Below the pieces are notes generated by a model. The model was not told the DNA's origin. It worked only from the letters and a program-made list of their open reading frames with translations, and made no database searches. Made by a program: the position numbers and the translations under genes. 64,000 bases of DNA, from NCBI GenBank assembly GCA_038109055.1, contig JAYNIM010000001.1, forward strand, positions 459,365 through 523,364, in the 5' to 3' direction. Source of the DNA: a bacterium. GTDB lineage: Bacteria > Margulisbacteria > Marinamargulisbacteria > GCA-2716485 > JAYNIM01. Positions within the stretch are counted from its first letter, which is position 1; each line of letters opens with the position of its first letter. This document shows, piece after piece, positions 1 through 10,038 of this stretch.

Positions 1-229
1 TTATATTGGGCAATAATTCATCTTCAACGAGTTCTAATGGAATTTGATGATGAACCAAAGTATTATCCGACAGAATTTCTTGTATAGTATAGCCATACTC
101 CTTCTCCAAATGTGTTCCTGTTACTAATAGTTCAAATCTATTACCTGAATTTTCTGCTTCATTTATTACTTCCTTAAGTAATCCATAGTCAGCTCTTGTA
201 CTAGTAACAATAATAACTTTATTTGACAT
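1..229 (-). CDS. neuC: UDP/GDP-sugar 2-epimerase (hydrolysing), NeuC/LegG family; 5' part only, runs off window
   Basis: My translation from ATG at 229: MSNKVIIVTSTRADYGLLK...ELLVTGTHLEKEYGYTIQEI, the NeuC N-terminal pattern; follows neuB and the nucleotidyltransferase. Confidence 0.85.
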   Translation of the reverse strand, partial: MSNKVIIVTSTRADYGLLKEVINEAENSGNRFELLVTGTHLEKEYGYTIQEILSDNTLVHHQIPLELVEDELLPNI

Positions 230-1316
230 CTTTTGCATTGATTCGCTTAACATATTCATTATATTCATCAATTTGTCCTAAGTCTGTCCATGAATTTTCT
301 GAAATCGGAAAACTTTTTACACTATTCTTTTCTAGAATTACACGTTCTATTAAACTAGTCATATCAAAATATTGATCTTTTGGTATAAAATCCAGCACTT
401 TTTTATTTAAAACATAAAAGCCTATATTTACTAATAAATCTATCTCTGGTTTTTCAGAAATTTTTTTTACTATTCCACTTTTTTTAATATCAACTACACC
501 ATATGGAATTTTAAAATGTTTTAAAGATGAAACACTTGTAATTAGATTATTCTCTGATTCATGAAAATCAACAAGTTCCTTAATGTTAAAATCAGTAAAT
601 ATATCACAGTTAGTCACTATGAATGTATCTGACAGTTTATTTGTAATCAAATTAAGAGAACCAGCTGTGCCCAAAGGTTTATTTTCTTGAAAAAATATTG
701 AATTTTTATTAAATGTGTCAGTTTGAAAAAATGATCTTATTAAATCTGCCTTATAATTAAGCGATACAAAAAATTGATCGCACCCATATGTATAAAGCTT
801 ATTCATAATATGTTTAATCATTGGTTTCCTATTAATAGGAATTAATGGCTTTGGAATAATATCAGTATAAGGCGCCATTCTAGTTCCCTTACCACCAGCC
901 ATAATAACAGCTGGACATAACTTAGAATGTTTTTCTTGAAATATAGAATCTTTAAAACAATCATCCCAAAAAATACAATCTACAACTTCTTTGTCTTTGT
1001 TTAAAACGGGCACCCCTTCTAACCTTTGATTTATAAGAACTTTTTTAACTTCGTGCATTGATGATTCGTCTATCTTATTTAAATGAAGATTATGAACTTT
1101 TGGATTTTTATTCATAATCCTTACTATTTTTTCATCTAATGTTTTGCCGTCCAATAGTTCTCGTCTAATATCTCCGTCAGTAACTACACCAACTAACTTT
1201 TTCTTATTCATGACAAGAATCATTTTTTTTCCTGCCTTATCCATGATTCTCCAAGCAGATTTAATACTATTTGTTTCTTCGCAAAATAAATCTTTCAATC
1301 TTCTGTGGTTTTTCAT
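219..1316 (-). CDS. CBS-domain sugar-phosphate nucleotidyltransferase (PtmE/LegX-like)
   Basis: N-terminal CBS pair (GVVTDGDIRR), then MAGGKGTRM...IPKPLIPI nucleotidyltransferase motif; leg cluster context. Confidence 0.88.
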   Translation of the reverse strand: MKNHRRLKDLFCEETNSIKSAWRIMDKAGKKMILVMNKKKLVGVVTDGDIRRELLDGKTLDEKIVRIMNKNPKVHNLHLNKIDESSMHEVKKVLINQRLEGVPVLNKDKEVVDCIFWDDCFKDSIFQEKHSKLCPAVIMAGGKGTRMAPYTDIIPKPLIPINRKPMIKHIMNKLYTYGCDQFFVSLNYKADLIRSFFQTDTFNKNSIFFQENKPLGTAGSLNLITNKLSDTFIVTNCDIFTDFNIKELVDFHESENNLITSVSSLKHFKIPYGVVDIKKSGIVKKISEKPEIDLLVNIGFYVLNKKVLDFIPKDQYFDMTSLIERVILEKNSVKSFPISENSWTDLGQIDEYNEYVKRINAKDVK

Positions 1317-2332
1317 GATATTTCAGGATTAATTAATTGATCTTCTTCATAAAACTTATCTGCTTTAATTCCAATTACTTTATCCCATTGCATTGGACTA
1401 AGCCCTGTTCCTGGTCGTTTACATATTAAATTATCTTCAGTAAACACTTCTCCTTTCTTAATGCGTCTTTTTGCCACAATACTTTTACGAACAATATTAA
1501 TATTTTTAAGTTCAGATTTAGCTGGCTGCTTCACCCCGTTACCCATAGCCTTTTCAACTTCTCTTATAGCCTTGACCATCTGTTCTAATTCATCAGGCTC
1601 CAGAGATGCTTGATGATCTGGACCTGGTAATGTTTTATCAAGTGTAAAGTGTTTTTCAATAATAGTTGCACCCATGGCTACGGCTGCTATTGGCACTGTG
1701 ATTCCTGATGTATGATCTGAATATCCGACAGGCAACCCAAACTCTTTTTTTAAGGTTTCTATGGCCTTTAAATTAACATCTTCAAATGGACAGGGATATT
1801 CGCTTGTGCAGTGAAGTAATGATAAATGTGATCGATCAAGCCCTGATTTAAACAAAAAATTTATGGCAAATTCAATTTCTTTCAGTGTGCACATTCCGGT
1901 AGAAAGTATCGTCTTTTTATTTAATTGACCTATTTTTCTTAAATAAGGTATATGCGTAATCTCTCCAGATGGTATTTTACATATTGGAAGTTTTAATTGA
2001 TTTAAATAGTCAATACTCTCACAGTCAAACGGTGATGATAAAAATAAAATATCTTTTTGCTTGCAATAGTCGATTAATTCAAGATGCATGTCATGAGTTA
2101 ATTCTAACTTCAATAACATATCAAATTGACTTTCTGAAGAAGACGTTTTTTGGTTTTGATAAGCTGCTTTTTGTGCGTCTAATGACGCTAATGTCTCCGC
2201 TTTAAATGTTTGGAATTTTATCGCATCTACCTCTGCTATGACTGCTAAATCAATGAGTTTTTTTGCTAATGATACGTCACTATTATGGTTTACACCTGCT
2301 TCAGCGATGATAAATGTGCGTTTATTACTCAA
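1313..2332 (-). CDS. neuB: N-acetylneuraminate/legionaminate synthase (NeuB/LegI)
   Basis: FIIAEAGVNHN, KFQTF, GYSDHT, IEKHFTLD, C-terminal SAF domain (KRPGTG). Confidence 0.95.
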   Translation of the reverse strand: MSNKRTFIIAEAGVNHNSDVSLAKKLIDLAVIAEVDAIKFQTFKAETLASLDAQKAAYQNQKTSSSESQFDMLLKLELTHDMHLELIDYCKQKDILFLSSPFDCESIDYLNQLKLPICKIPSGEITHIPYLRKIGQLNKKTILSTGMCTLKEIEFAINFLFKSGLDRSHLSLLHCTSEYPCPFEDVNLKAIETLKKEFGLPVGYSDHTSGITVPIAAVAMGATIIEKHFTLDKTLPGPDHQASLEPDELEQMVKAIREVEKAMGNGVKQPAKSELKNINIVRKSIVAKRRIKKGEVFTEDNLICKRPGTGLSPMQWDKVIGIKADKFYEEDQLINPEIS

Positions 2333-3215
2333 ACCTATCTCCTACTTTAAATTTAGCATCGTAAGAGTAGTCTACTATGTTTATGAATGTATCTTTTGTT
2401 TTGACTAAAAAACTATTGCTATCTTTATATAAAATTGTTCCTGGTACACCAATATATGATTTTGCCCCTTTTACTTCTATTGCTTTATTAATTTTCATTT
2501 CCTTACTCTTTAAGAAAGCTCTAGCTTCAGGACCTGGTCTGCATATCGCCCTGATAAAATTAAAAAGTTGTCTACTAGACTGATTCCAATTAATTTTTTC
2601 GTCTCCAATAATTCTTGCTGAACAATAAAAGCCAATGGGATCAATGTCATTCTGCTTTAATCTTGGAACAGGTCCTGATTTAAAAAATTCTAAGGTTTCA
2701 TAAAGTGCAATAGCACATTCTTTATGTGCGACTCTTAATAAAGAGCTGTAATCATCCTGATCCGTAATTTCAAATGTTTTCTGTAATATTATATCACCAG
2801 TATCTACCCCCTCATCCATATAATGGACCGTTATTCCAAACTCCATCTCATCATTTATAAGTGCCCAATTTAAAATATTTCTTCCCCTGTAGTAGGGGAG
2901 TTTACCGGCATGACAATTAATTGTTTTTAAACGAGGTAAATTAATAATTTGATTTTTAAAAATTTGATTAAACGACATTGATACATACAAATCACAATTA
3001 TACCCTTTAATTACTGAAATAAACTCTTGCGAATTTATATCTTGATGCTTTAAATACGCTATATTGTATTGTTCTGAATATTTTTTTAACGTTTCATCTT
3101 TAGTATCATATCTAACACATATAAATTTTATGTTTAAATACTTATCTTTTATAATTTTCTCAAATGCCCGATGGCTCCAAGGTCCATCAGCAAAATAGCC
3201 TATATTTATTAACAT
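2325..3215 (-). CDS. Sugar N-formyltransferase (Fmt-like)
   Basis: INCHAGKLPYYRGRNILNWALIN, GITVHYMDEGVDTGDII formyltransferase motifs; overlaps legC and neuB. Confidence 0.85.
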   Translation of the reverse strand: MLINIGYFADGPWSHRAFEKIIKDKYLNIKFICVRYDTKDETLKKYSEQYNIAYLKHQDINSQEFISVIKGYNCDLYVSMSFNQIFKNQIINLPRLKTINCHAGKLPYYRGRNILNWALINDEMEFGITVHYMDEGVDTGDIILQKTFEITDQDDYSSLLRVAHKECAIALYETLEFFKSGPVPRLKQNDIDPIGFYCSARIIGDEKINWNQSSRQLFNFIRAICRPGPEARAFLKSKEMKINKAIEVKGAKSYIGVPGTILYKDSNSFLVKTKDTFINIVDYSYDAKFKVGDRFE

Positions 3216-4369
3216 AAAACAACTGAGCTGGGTATATTAACCAATTTTAAAGCAAAATCTTTTGAATTCATTAATTCACTTTTGTAACAATCACTAAACA
3301 TCTCCAACTGACACATCAACTCCCAACACGGCCTTGTCATTACACCTTGTTTATTTGTCATCTCTAAAAAGATATCACGACTTTCCTGATCATTAAACAA
3401 TACTGTTTGTAGCCAATAATTAGACCTCGTATTATCTGGTTCTTGCACACATTTTATATCAAGGTCATCAAACAACGCTTGGTATGTTTTTGCTAGTTCA
3501 CGTTTTATATTAATTAATTGATCTAGGTGTTCCATTTGAGCACAGCCTAATGCGGCATTAATATTAGGCATCCGATAATTATAGCCTATTTCATCATGAA
3601 CATAATCCCATTGATGAGGTACTTTTGCAGTGGTTGTTAAATGTTTGGCTCGTTTTGCTAAATACTCATCATCCGTCACAATCATCCCTCCCCCACCTGT
3701 GGTAACTATTTTGTTGCCATTAAAACTAAATACACCCAGCTTACCAAACGTGCCTGTATGTTTATTTTTATATAAACTCCCTAAAGACTCGGCAGAATCC
3801 TCTACGACCGGTATATCAAATTGGTCACAAACATCGACTATTTTATCTATCTCTACTGGATGGCCAAAGGTATGCATGGGCACACAGGCTTTGATGATTT
3901 TATTGGTATGGATATTTAGTAAGCCTTGGGCTGTTTTTTTTGTTGATGATTTTAAAAAAATTTCGAGTTTTTCTGGGCACATCCCTAATGTGTGTTGAGA
4001 AATATCTATAAACACTGGGTCTGCGCCACAATATTTTATGGCATTACAGGTAGCAACAAAGGTTAGAGGCTGTGTAATTACTTCTGTATTTTCTTCTACT
4101 CCGGCTAACAATAAAGCGATATGTAAAGCAGCAGTCCCATTCACCGTTGCAATCGCAAACTTAACACCTGTATAGCTTGCTATCATGTGCTCAAACTGAT
4201 CGACATACTTCCCTACTGATGAAACAAACGTTGAGTCAATGCAATCAGCTAAGTATTTTTTTTCATTTCCATTAAAACTTGGTTCATGCAATGGGATAAA
4301 ATCTTTATTTGGAAACTGATCCCGTATAAAATCAATAATCACCTGACACTGATCTAGAAAACTAGACAT
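3209..4369 (-). CDS. legC: LegC-family PLP aminotransferase
   Basis: IPLHEP, STFVSSVG, SFNGNKIVTTGGGG, YNYRMPNINAALG; start placed at ATG 4369 overlapping the legB stop. Confidence 0.9.
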   Translation of the reverse strand: MSSFLDQCQVIIDFIRDQFPNKDFIPLHEPSFNGNEKKYLADCIDSTFVSSVGKYVDQFEHMIASYTGVKFAIATVNGTAALHIALLLAGVEENTEVITQPLTFVATCNAIKYCGADPVFIDISQHTLGMCPEKLEIFLKSSTKKTAQGLLNIHTNKIIKACVPMHTFGHPVEIDKIVDVCDQFDIPVVEDSAESLGSLYKNKHTGTFGKLGVFSFNGNKIVTTGGGGMIVTDDEYLAKRAKHLTTTAKVPHQWDYVHDEIGYNYRMPNINAALGCAQMEHLDQLINIKRELAKTYQALFDDLDIKCVQEPDNTRSNYWLQTVLFNDQESRDIFLEMTNKQGVMTRPCWELMCQLEMFSDCYKSELMNSKDFALKLVNIPSSVVLC

Positions 4370-5348
4370 TGTATATATGTGACTTATAAGAAGCTCTATT
4401 TGAATCAACTTTAAACCATTCAATGGTTTCTTTTAATCCATCAATTAACGATATTGAGGGTGCCCAGTTTAAAAGCTGTTTACATTTTTCCGCTGAGCCT
4501 AACAATTGATTCACTTCACTTTTTTCAGGTCGTAACCTTTCTTCCTTTGAAATAACTTTTGCCTTAGGATTTATTTCATTAATTATTAATTGAGCTAAAT
4601 CACCTATAGAAATATCATTTTGAGTTGCTATATTCACGTCTTTTCCCAGTGTTTTTCTGGTTTGAGAAATTCTAAAAAAACCTTCTATCGTATCCTTAAC
4701 ATAAACTAAATCACGAGTTGGACTAATAGCCCCTAATTCTATTACTTCTTTCCCGTCTAAAAGTTGTGTGATAATTGTTGGGATAACGGCTCTGGCTGAC
4801 TGGCGAGGCCCATAAGTATTGAAAGGTCTAACAATGGTTACAGGTAAATCAAAACTACGATAAAACGACTCTGTCATACAATCTGCGGCGATTTTAGTCG
4901 CTGAATAAGGAGACTGAGGTTGTCTAGGATGCGTTTCGGAAATAGGCGTTTCAAGTGCTGTACCGTATACTTCAGATGTTGATGTAACCAACACACGTTC
5001 AGTGCCTAATTCCCTGGCTGTTTGAAGGATATTTAATGTACCTTTCACATTCGTATCTACATAAGAATCTGGTGAATGATAACTAAAAGGTATGCCAATT
5101 AACGCAGCTAAATGATACACAATATCCATTCCTTTCAGGGCTTCTTTAACCCCATTTGGATCTCGAATATCTCCTGAAAAAGTTTCGATGTTATCTAACT
5201 GATTTTTATCAAGTTTATCAAGCCAGCCCCAAGAATTAAATGAATTGTAAAAAACAAACGCACGAACAACAAAGCCTTTCTCTAAGAGATGTTCAACCAA
5301 GTGAGACCCTATAAATCCGTCTGCTCCTGTAACTAATACTTTTTTCAT
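4362..5348 (-). CDS. legB: NAD-dependent nucleotide-sugar 4,6-dehydratase LegB
   Basis: VTGADGFIGSHL, YNSFNSWGWLD, TSTSEVYG, YSATK, NTYGPRQSARAVIPT. Confidence 0.92.
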   Translation of the reverse strand: MKKVLVTGADGFIGSHLVEHLLEKGFVVRAFVFYNSFNSWGWLDKLDKNQLDNIETFSGDIRDPNGVKEALKGMDIVYHLAALIGIPFSYHSPDSYVDTNVKGTLNILQTARELGTERVLVTSTSEVYGTALETPISETHPRQPQSPYSATKIAADCMTESFYRSFDLPVTIVRPFNTYGPRQSARAVIPTIITQLLDGKEVIELGAISPTRDLVYVKDTIEGFFRISQTRKTLGKDVNIATQNDISIGDLAQLIINEINPKAKVISKEERLRPEKSEVNQLLGSAEKCKQLLNWAPSISLIDGLKETIEWFKVDSNRASYKSHIYNV

Positions 5349-5425
5349 TTTTGTACCTCTATAAAACCTTCTTGTTTCAACTTGTATTAAGTTACACTAA
5401 TAAGTCCTTATTGTGAAGAAATGAT

Positions 5426-6622
5426 TCAATTAATATAGCTAGTCCTATCTATCAGATTAATTACATACTCTGCCAATGCAAACGCGCAGGTAAATGCAGG
5501 ACTCACTGCGTTTAAGATATGTGTCGTATTTTTTTTACACTCTACAATAAAATCCATCTCCAACTTTTTTGTTTGCTTATTAAACAGCTGTGCACGAATC
5601 CCTGGAGGACTTAGCTCGAAACTTTTGGAATCAAAATGAGCTAGTTTTAATGCCTCGTTGATCAGATACGGCTTCCAATATTTTGGGAACTCTTGTTTAG
5701 CGATTGTTCTAAACTGGGAATAATTATGTATAAACATTGATGTTTCTAAACGCATAATTTCTATGGCCTCTTTAAGATTAAAGTGGCTTAATCCGCTATA
5801 GTGCTCTCTCCAAAAGGCAGGAATAGCTGTCGGCCCTATCTTAATTTTCCCTTCTGCTGTTTTGGTAAAATGAACCCCTAAAAATGGATTCAAAAGATTT
5901 GGAACAGGATAAATATTGGTGTTCAGTCTTTGTTCACCCTTATACGTTAAATAAATCCCTTTAAAAGGGATCATTGTGTACTGATGTCCTACATCACACA
6001 TATGAGCGATTTTATCGGCAAACATACCCGCACAATTAATCAGTCTTTTAAAGCAATACGTCTCTTTTTGAGAGATTACTTGATCGTCTTTTATCTCTCT
6101 AACTTTATTCCCTGTTTTTATCTCAACCCCTTGCTTCGCTAGTAATTCTTTTAAATGCAGACATACTTTCACAGGGTTTACCGCCGCTGTATTAGGCGAA
6201 TACAAGGCTTTTTGTACTGTTTTCATACGAGGTTCAATCTCCTTTGCTTCTGCTTCATCAACTAAACGAACATCAACACCATTTTTTAAGCCTCTATCAT
6301 ATAAAGTCTTTAATGTTGCAACATCGGCTGTGTTCGTTGCCACAACGAGCTTCCCATCATTGGCAATAGAAATATTTTGTGATTGGCAAAATGCCTTCAT
6401 TGCAGCATTTCCCTGCACACAAAAACGCGCTTTTAGACTATTATCTGTATAATAAAAACCAGCGTGGAGAATACCACTATTCCTACCACTGGCATGCATG
6501 GCAACTTCAGCTTCTTTTTCTAGGATAACTATTTTTGAATCTGGGTATTTTTTTTTTAGCTCATACGCTATCGTCAAGCCGATAATACCTGCTCCAACGA
6601 TTAAATAATCATACTTAGTCAT
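5426..6622 (-). CDS. lhgO: L-2-hydroxyglutarate oxidase-family FAD oxidoreductase
   Basis: GAGIIG, HASGRNSGILHAG, IYPVP..PFLGVHFT, GIRAQ, NAVSPAFT. Confidence 0.85.
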   Translation of the reverse strand: MTKYDYLIVGAGIIGLTIAYELKKKYPDSKIVILEKEAEVAMHASGRNSGILHAGFYYTDNSLKARFCVQGNAAMKAFCQSQNISIANDGKLVVATNTADVATLKTLYDRGLKNGVDVRLVDEAEAKEIEPRMKTVQKALYSPNTAAVNPVKVCLHLKELLAKQGVEIKTGNKVREIKDDQVISQKETYCFKRLINCAGMFADKIAHMCDVGHQYTMIPFKGIYLTYKGEQRLNTNIYPVPNLLNPFLGVHFTKTAEGKIKIGPTAIPAFWREHYSGLSHFNLKEAIEIMRLETSMFIHNYSQFRTIAKQEFPKYWKPYLINEALKLAHFDSKSFELSPPGIRAQLFNKQTKKLEMDFIVECKKNTTHILNAVSPAFTCAFALAEYVINLIDRTSYIN

Positions 6623-6801
6623 TGCTTGATTTTACAATTTATAAATTTTACTAAATTTACAACTGATATTTCTCTAAATTATCATATTTCATCACTGATG
6701 AGAATTTTAAATCATGACAAATTTCACTAGCGCGTGACCCACCTTCGTGTTATTTTTTTGTGCTTAGATAGTAGAGTTGCTCTTTTTTAGTTATACTTAA
6801 A

Positions 6802-7662
6802 ATGATGATAACTTCAATCTTAACGTTACTAAGACCTCATCACTATATAAAGAATTCATTTATATTTCTTCCTCTTTTTTTTGGATTAAAAGTATTTGAG
6901 CTTCATCTTATCTATCAACTGTTGCTTTCTTTTATTGGTTTTTCATCAATCGCAAGTGCTGTATATATTTTTAACGATACACTGGATATAAAGTTAGATC
7001 AAAATCATCCTATTAAAAAATATCGTCCCTTGGCTTCAGGTTCTGTTCCTCTTAAATTGGCTTTTTTCTTGGCAACTCTTCTTTTACTTTTTGGGTTTAG
7101 TATTGCAATTTTCCAACAAATCGCTTTCATTTTTCTTTTTTATGTGCTGCTTAATATTGTCTATTCGCTCAAACTTAAACATATTCCTATTATTGATGTG
7201 TTTATTATTGCAATAGGATTTGTCATTCGTTTATTCATTGGCGCAACTGTCACTAGCGTTGAATTATCGATATGGATTGTCATTATGACATTTTTACTTG
7301 CACTTTTTTTAGCTTTCTCTAAACGAAAATGTGACTTAGTTAGTTTAAAAGGAACCTCCAATGCCCGACCTGTTCTTGTATCATACAATCACGAATTTTT
7401 AAGTACTTGCATGGCTATTATGGCCTCTGTGGTCATTGTATCTTATATCATGTACACAACCTCTTCCTCAGTTCTTGCTAGTACAAATTCTGACTATGTT
7501 TATTTCACTAGTATTTTTGTATTATTTGGGATTTTAAGATACCTTAGCATCACTTATTTTGAAAAAACTACAGATAACCCAACTAAGATTCTCCTACATG
7601 ATATATGGTTACAGCTTAGTATTATTGGATGGCTGATTAGTTTTGCAGTTATGTTATATTAA
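6802..7662 (+). CDS. Decaprenyl-phosphate phosphoribosyltransferase (UbiA family)
   Basis: LRPHHYIKN, YIFNDTLDIKLDQNHPIKKYRPLASG, YSLKLKH; multi-TM; coupled to dprE1-like gene. Confidence 0.9.
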   Translation: MMITSILTLLRPHHYIKNSFIFLPLFFGLKVFELHLIYQLLLSFIGFSSIASAVYIFNDTLDIKLDQNHPIKKYRPLASGSVPLKLAFFLATLLLLFGFSIAIFQQIAFIFLFYVLLNIVYSLKLKHIPIIDVFIIAIGFVIRLFIGATVTSVELSIWIVIMTFLLALFLAFSKRKCDLVSLKGTSNARPVLVSYNHEFLSTCMAIMASVVIVSYIMYTTSSSVLASTNSDYVYFTSIFVLFGILRYLSITYFEKTTDNPTKILLHDIWLQLSIIGWLISFAVMLY

Positions 7663-8996
7663 TGGACACGATATCTAACTGGGGAAATACCCCTAAAATC
7701 CGTGCGTCATTAATTCCCTTTCATCAATTCGATCAACTTAGAGAAGTGATTCATCATACTCAACATGTCATTCCTAGAGGTATGGGTCGTTGTTATGGAG
7801 ACAGCTCCCTCAACGCCACCATTATTTCAACAACAGAATTTAATCAAATTACAACATTTGATTCACAAAGGGGTGTCATCATTTGCCAATCAGGGGTTAC
7901 GCTTGACACTATTTTAAAAAAAATCATTCCTGCAGGATGGTTTTTGCCTGTAACTCCTGGTACTAAATATGTAACATTAGGCGGAGCTGTTGCTGCAAAT
8001 GTTCATGGAAAGAATCATCATGTTCATGGCTCGTTATCACAGCACATCTTGTATTTTGATCTCTTGATGTCAGATGGAAAGATCGTGAGATGTTCAAAAA
8101 ATGACCTTTCTGATTTATTTTATATGACCTGTGGAGGTATGGGCCTAACAGGCGTTATTATCAACATAGCTATGCAGCTGATCCCTATTAAGTCTTCCTA
8201 TATTCGACAAAAAACAGTTCGTGCAAAGAATCTTGATGCCATTATGACCCTTTTTGACTCTCATCATCATTGGACGTATTCTGTCGCATGGATTGATTGC
8301 TTAGCAAAGGGCTCATCTCTTGGACGATCCATCCTCATGCTTGGGGAACATGCTCATGAAAATGAGCTGACAGAGTTACACTCTGAACCGCTATTAACAT
8401 ACTCCTGTAAACGTAAAAAAAGGATTCCTTTTTTTCTACCTAACGGTTTCTTAAACACTTGGACTGTTCGGCTGTTTAATACAGTATACTTTCATATGAG
8501 TCCTAAATCAGACGCTACGAAAATTGTTGATTATGATTCTTTCTTTTATCCTTTGGATCATATTCATGATTGGAATAAATGCTACGGGAAACAAGGCTTT
8601 ACCCAATATCAATGTGTATTTCCATTGAATACTAGTAGAGACGGTCTTAGAAAAATATTGGAGAGGATATCTCAATCTGGCCAAGGATCATTTTTGGCAG
8701 TATTAAAACGATTTGGAAATGAATCCCTACCAGGATTATCTTTTCCAATGGAAGGGTATACACTTGCTCTTGACTTCCCAATGACACCTAAAACATGTCT
8801 TCTAATGGATAAATTAGATACTATCGTCAACACATATAATGGTCGCTTATACTTGGCTAAAGACTCTAGAATGAGTGCCGATTTTTTTAAATCCACCTAT
8901 AAAGATTTTGATCAGTTTGTTTCACTTAAAAAGAATATCGATGCTAGAAAGCTCTTTGAATCTCTGCAATCGAGACGATTACATATCAACTCCTGA
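7662..8996 (+). CDS. DprE1-like FAD oxidoreductase (polyprenylphosphoryl-ribose 2'-oxidase)
   Basis: RGMGRCYGDSS, PVTPGTKYVTLGGAVAANVHGKNHH, YSVAWID, FFYPLD, YLAKDSR. Confidence 0.9.
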   Translation: MDTISNWGNTPKIRASLIPFHQFDQLREVIHHTQHVIPRGMGRCYGDSSLNATIISTTEFNQITTFDSQRGVIICQSGVTLDTILKKIIPAGWFLPVTPGTKYVTLGGAVAANVHGKNHHVHGSLSQHILYFDLLMSDGKIVRCSKNDLSDLFYMTCGGMGLTGVIINIAMQLIPIKSSYIRQKTVRAKNLDAIMTLFDSHHHWTYSVAWIDCLAKGSSLGRSILMLGEHAHENELTELHSEPLLTYSCKRKKRIPFFLPNGFLNTWTVRLFNTVYFHMSPKSDATKIVDYDSFFYPLDHIHDWNKCYGKQGFTQYQCVFPLNTSRDGLRKILERISQSGQGSFLAVLKRFGNESLPGLSFPMEGYTLALDFPMTPKTCLLMDKLDTIVNTYNGRLYLAKDSRMSADFFKSTYKDFDQFVSLKKNIDARKLFESLQSRRLHINS

Positions 8997-9105
8997 GTAT
9001 ACGTGAAATGCGGTTATCACATCGCAATTTATGATTTTTTTTTCAGTAAGACTCTGATTATTAAATTTTGCTTTATATTCTGACTATATGCCATAATCAG
9101 AAATC

Positions 9106-9840
9106 ATGAAATCAGTGTTAATATTGGGTTCTACGTCAGATATTGGGCATGCACTTTCTCAGACATATTTGCAAAATGGATACTCTGTTATTCTTGCAGC
9201 TAGGAATAAAACCAGATTGGAACAGCAAAGAAAGACTTTTAAGACATATTTTCCAGAGCACGCTATTCATACTGTTTTATTTGACGGATGCACGTTTGAT
9301 TCTCATGAAGCGACTTATACTAAACTAAGCCCAAAACCTGATGGTGTTATTACAGTAATGGGGTATTTAGGCGAGCAAAAAGTCTCCGAATTATCATTCA
9401 AAGAAACCCAAGCCGTCATTAACTCTAACTATCTGGGAAATATCTCTATATTGAATATTATCGCAAATGATTTTGAAAAAAGGGGGCATGGATTTATTGT
9501 GGGAGTCAGTTCCGTAGCGGCTGATCGAGGCCGAAAAAGTAATTATATCTATGGTTCAGCAAAAGCTGGATTTACGGCCTATTTAAGTGGTTTACGAAAT
9601 CGATTGTATGTCTCGAATGTTCATGTATTGACTGTACACCCAGGTTTTGTAGACACTAAAATGACACAGCATCTATCGTTACCCCGTCACTTAACTACTA
9701 CACCTAATCATGTTGCAGAAGCTATTTATAACGCTCAAGCTAGTAAAAGAAATGTATTGTACGTCAAATGGACGTGGAAATATATTATGTTAATCATTAG
9801 AAACATACCTGAATTTTTATTTAAAAGACTTAGCTTATGA
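9106..9840 (+). CDS. DprE2-like short-chain dehydrogenase
   Basis: ILGSTSDIG, SSVAADRGRKSNYIYGSAKAG, PGFVDTKMT. Confidence 0.88.
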   Translation: MKSVLILGSTSDIGHALSQTYLQNGYSVILAARNKTRLEQQRKTFKTYFPEHAIHTVLFDGCTFDSHEATYTKLSPKPDGVITVMGYLGEQKVSELSFKETQAVINSNYLGNISILNIIANDFEKRGHGFIVGVSSVAADRGRKSNYIYGSAKAGFTAYLSGLRNRLYVSNVHVLTVHPGFVDTKMTQHLSLPRHLTTTPNHVAEAIYNAQASKRNVLYVKWTWKYIMLIIRNIPEFLFKRLSL

Positions 9841-10038
9841 ATATGTTTCCAGCAAAATTTAATAAATTCATCGATCGTTTAAACTTTAACCTGATTCTTT
9901 ACTAGAGCTTTATAAAAAGCTATACGTTTATCATATACTAAATTGGATGACATAGATCTTATTATTTAAAAAGAAATTACCTTATTAGTTAATTTACTGT
10001 AGACCTAGAAAGATCATAATCGGCTTTTTCTTCACTTT

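Noticed and set aside
2325..3215. Housekeeping methionyl-tRNA formyltransferase (fmt)
   Set aside because: Embedded in the leg cluster, lacks the FMGTP N-terminal motif and has no def neighbour
5426..6622. lhgO inside a glycan region as a novel association
   Set aside because: LhgO-family genes are often found in polysaccharide clusters, and nothing further in the sequence supports a special role
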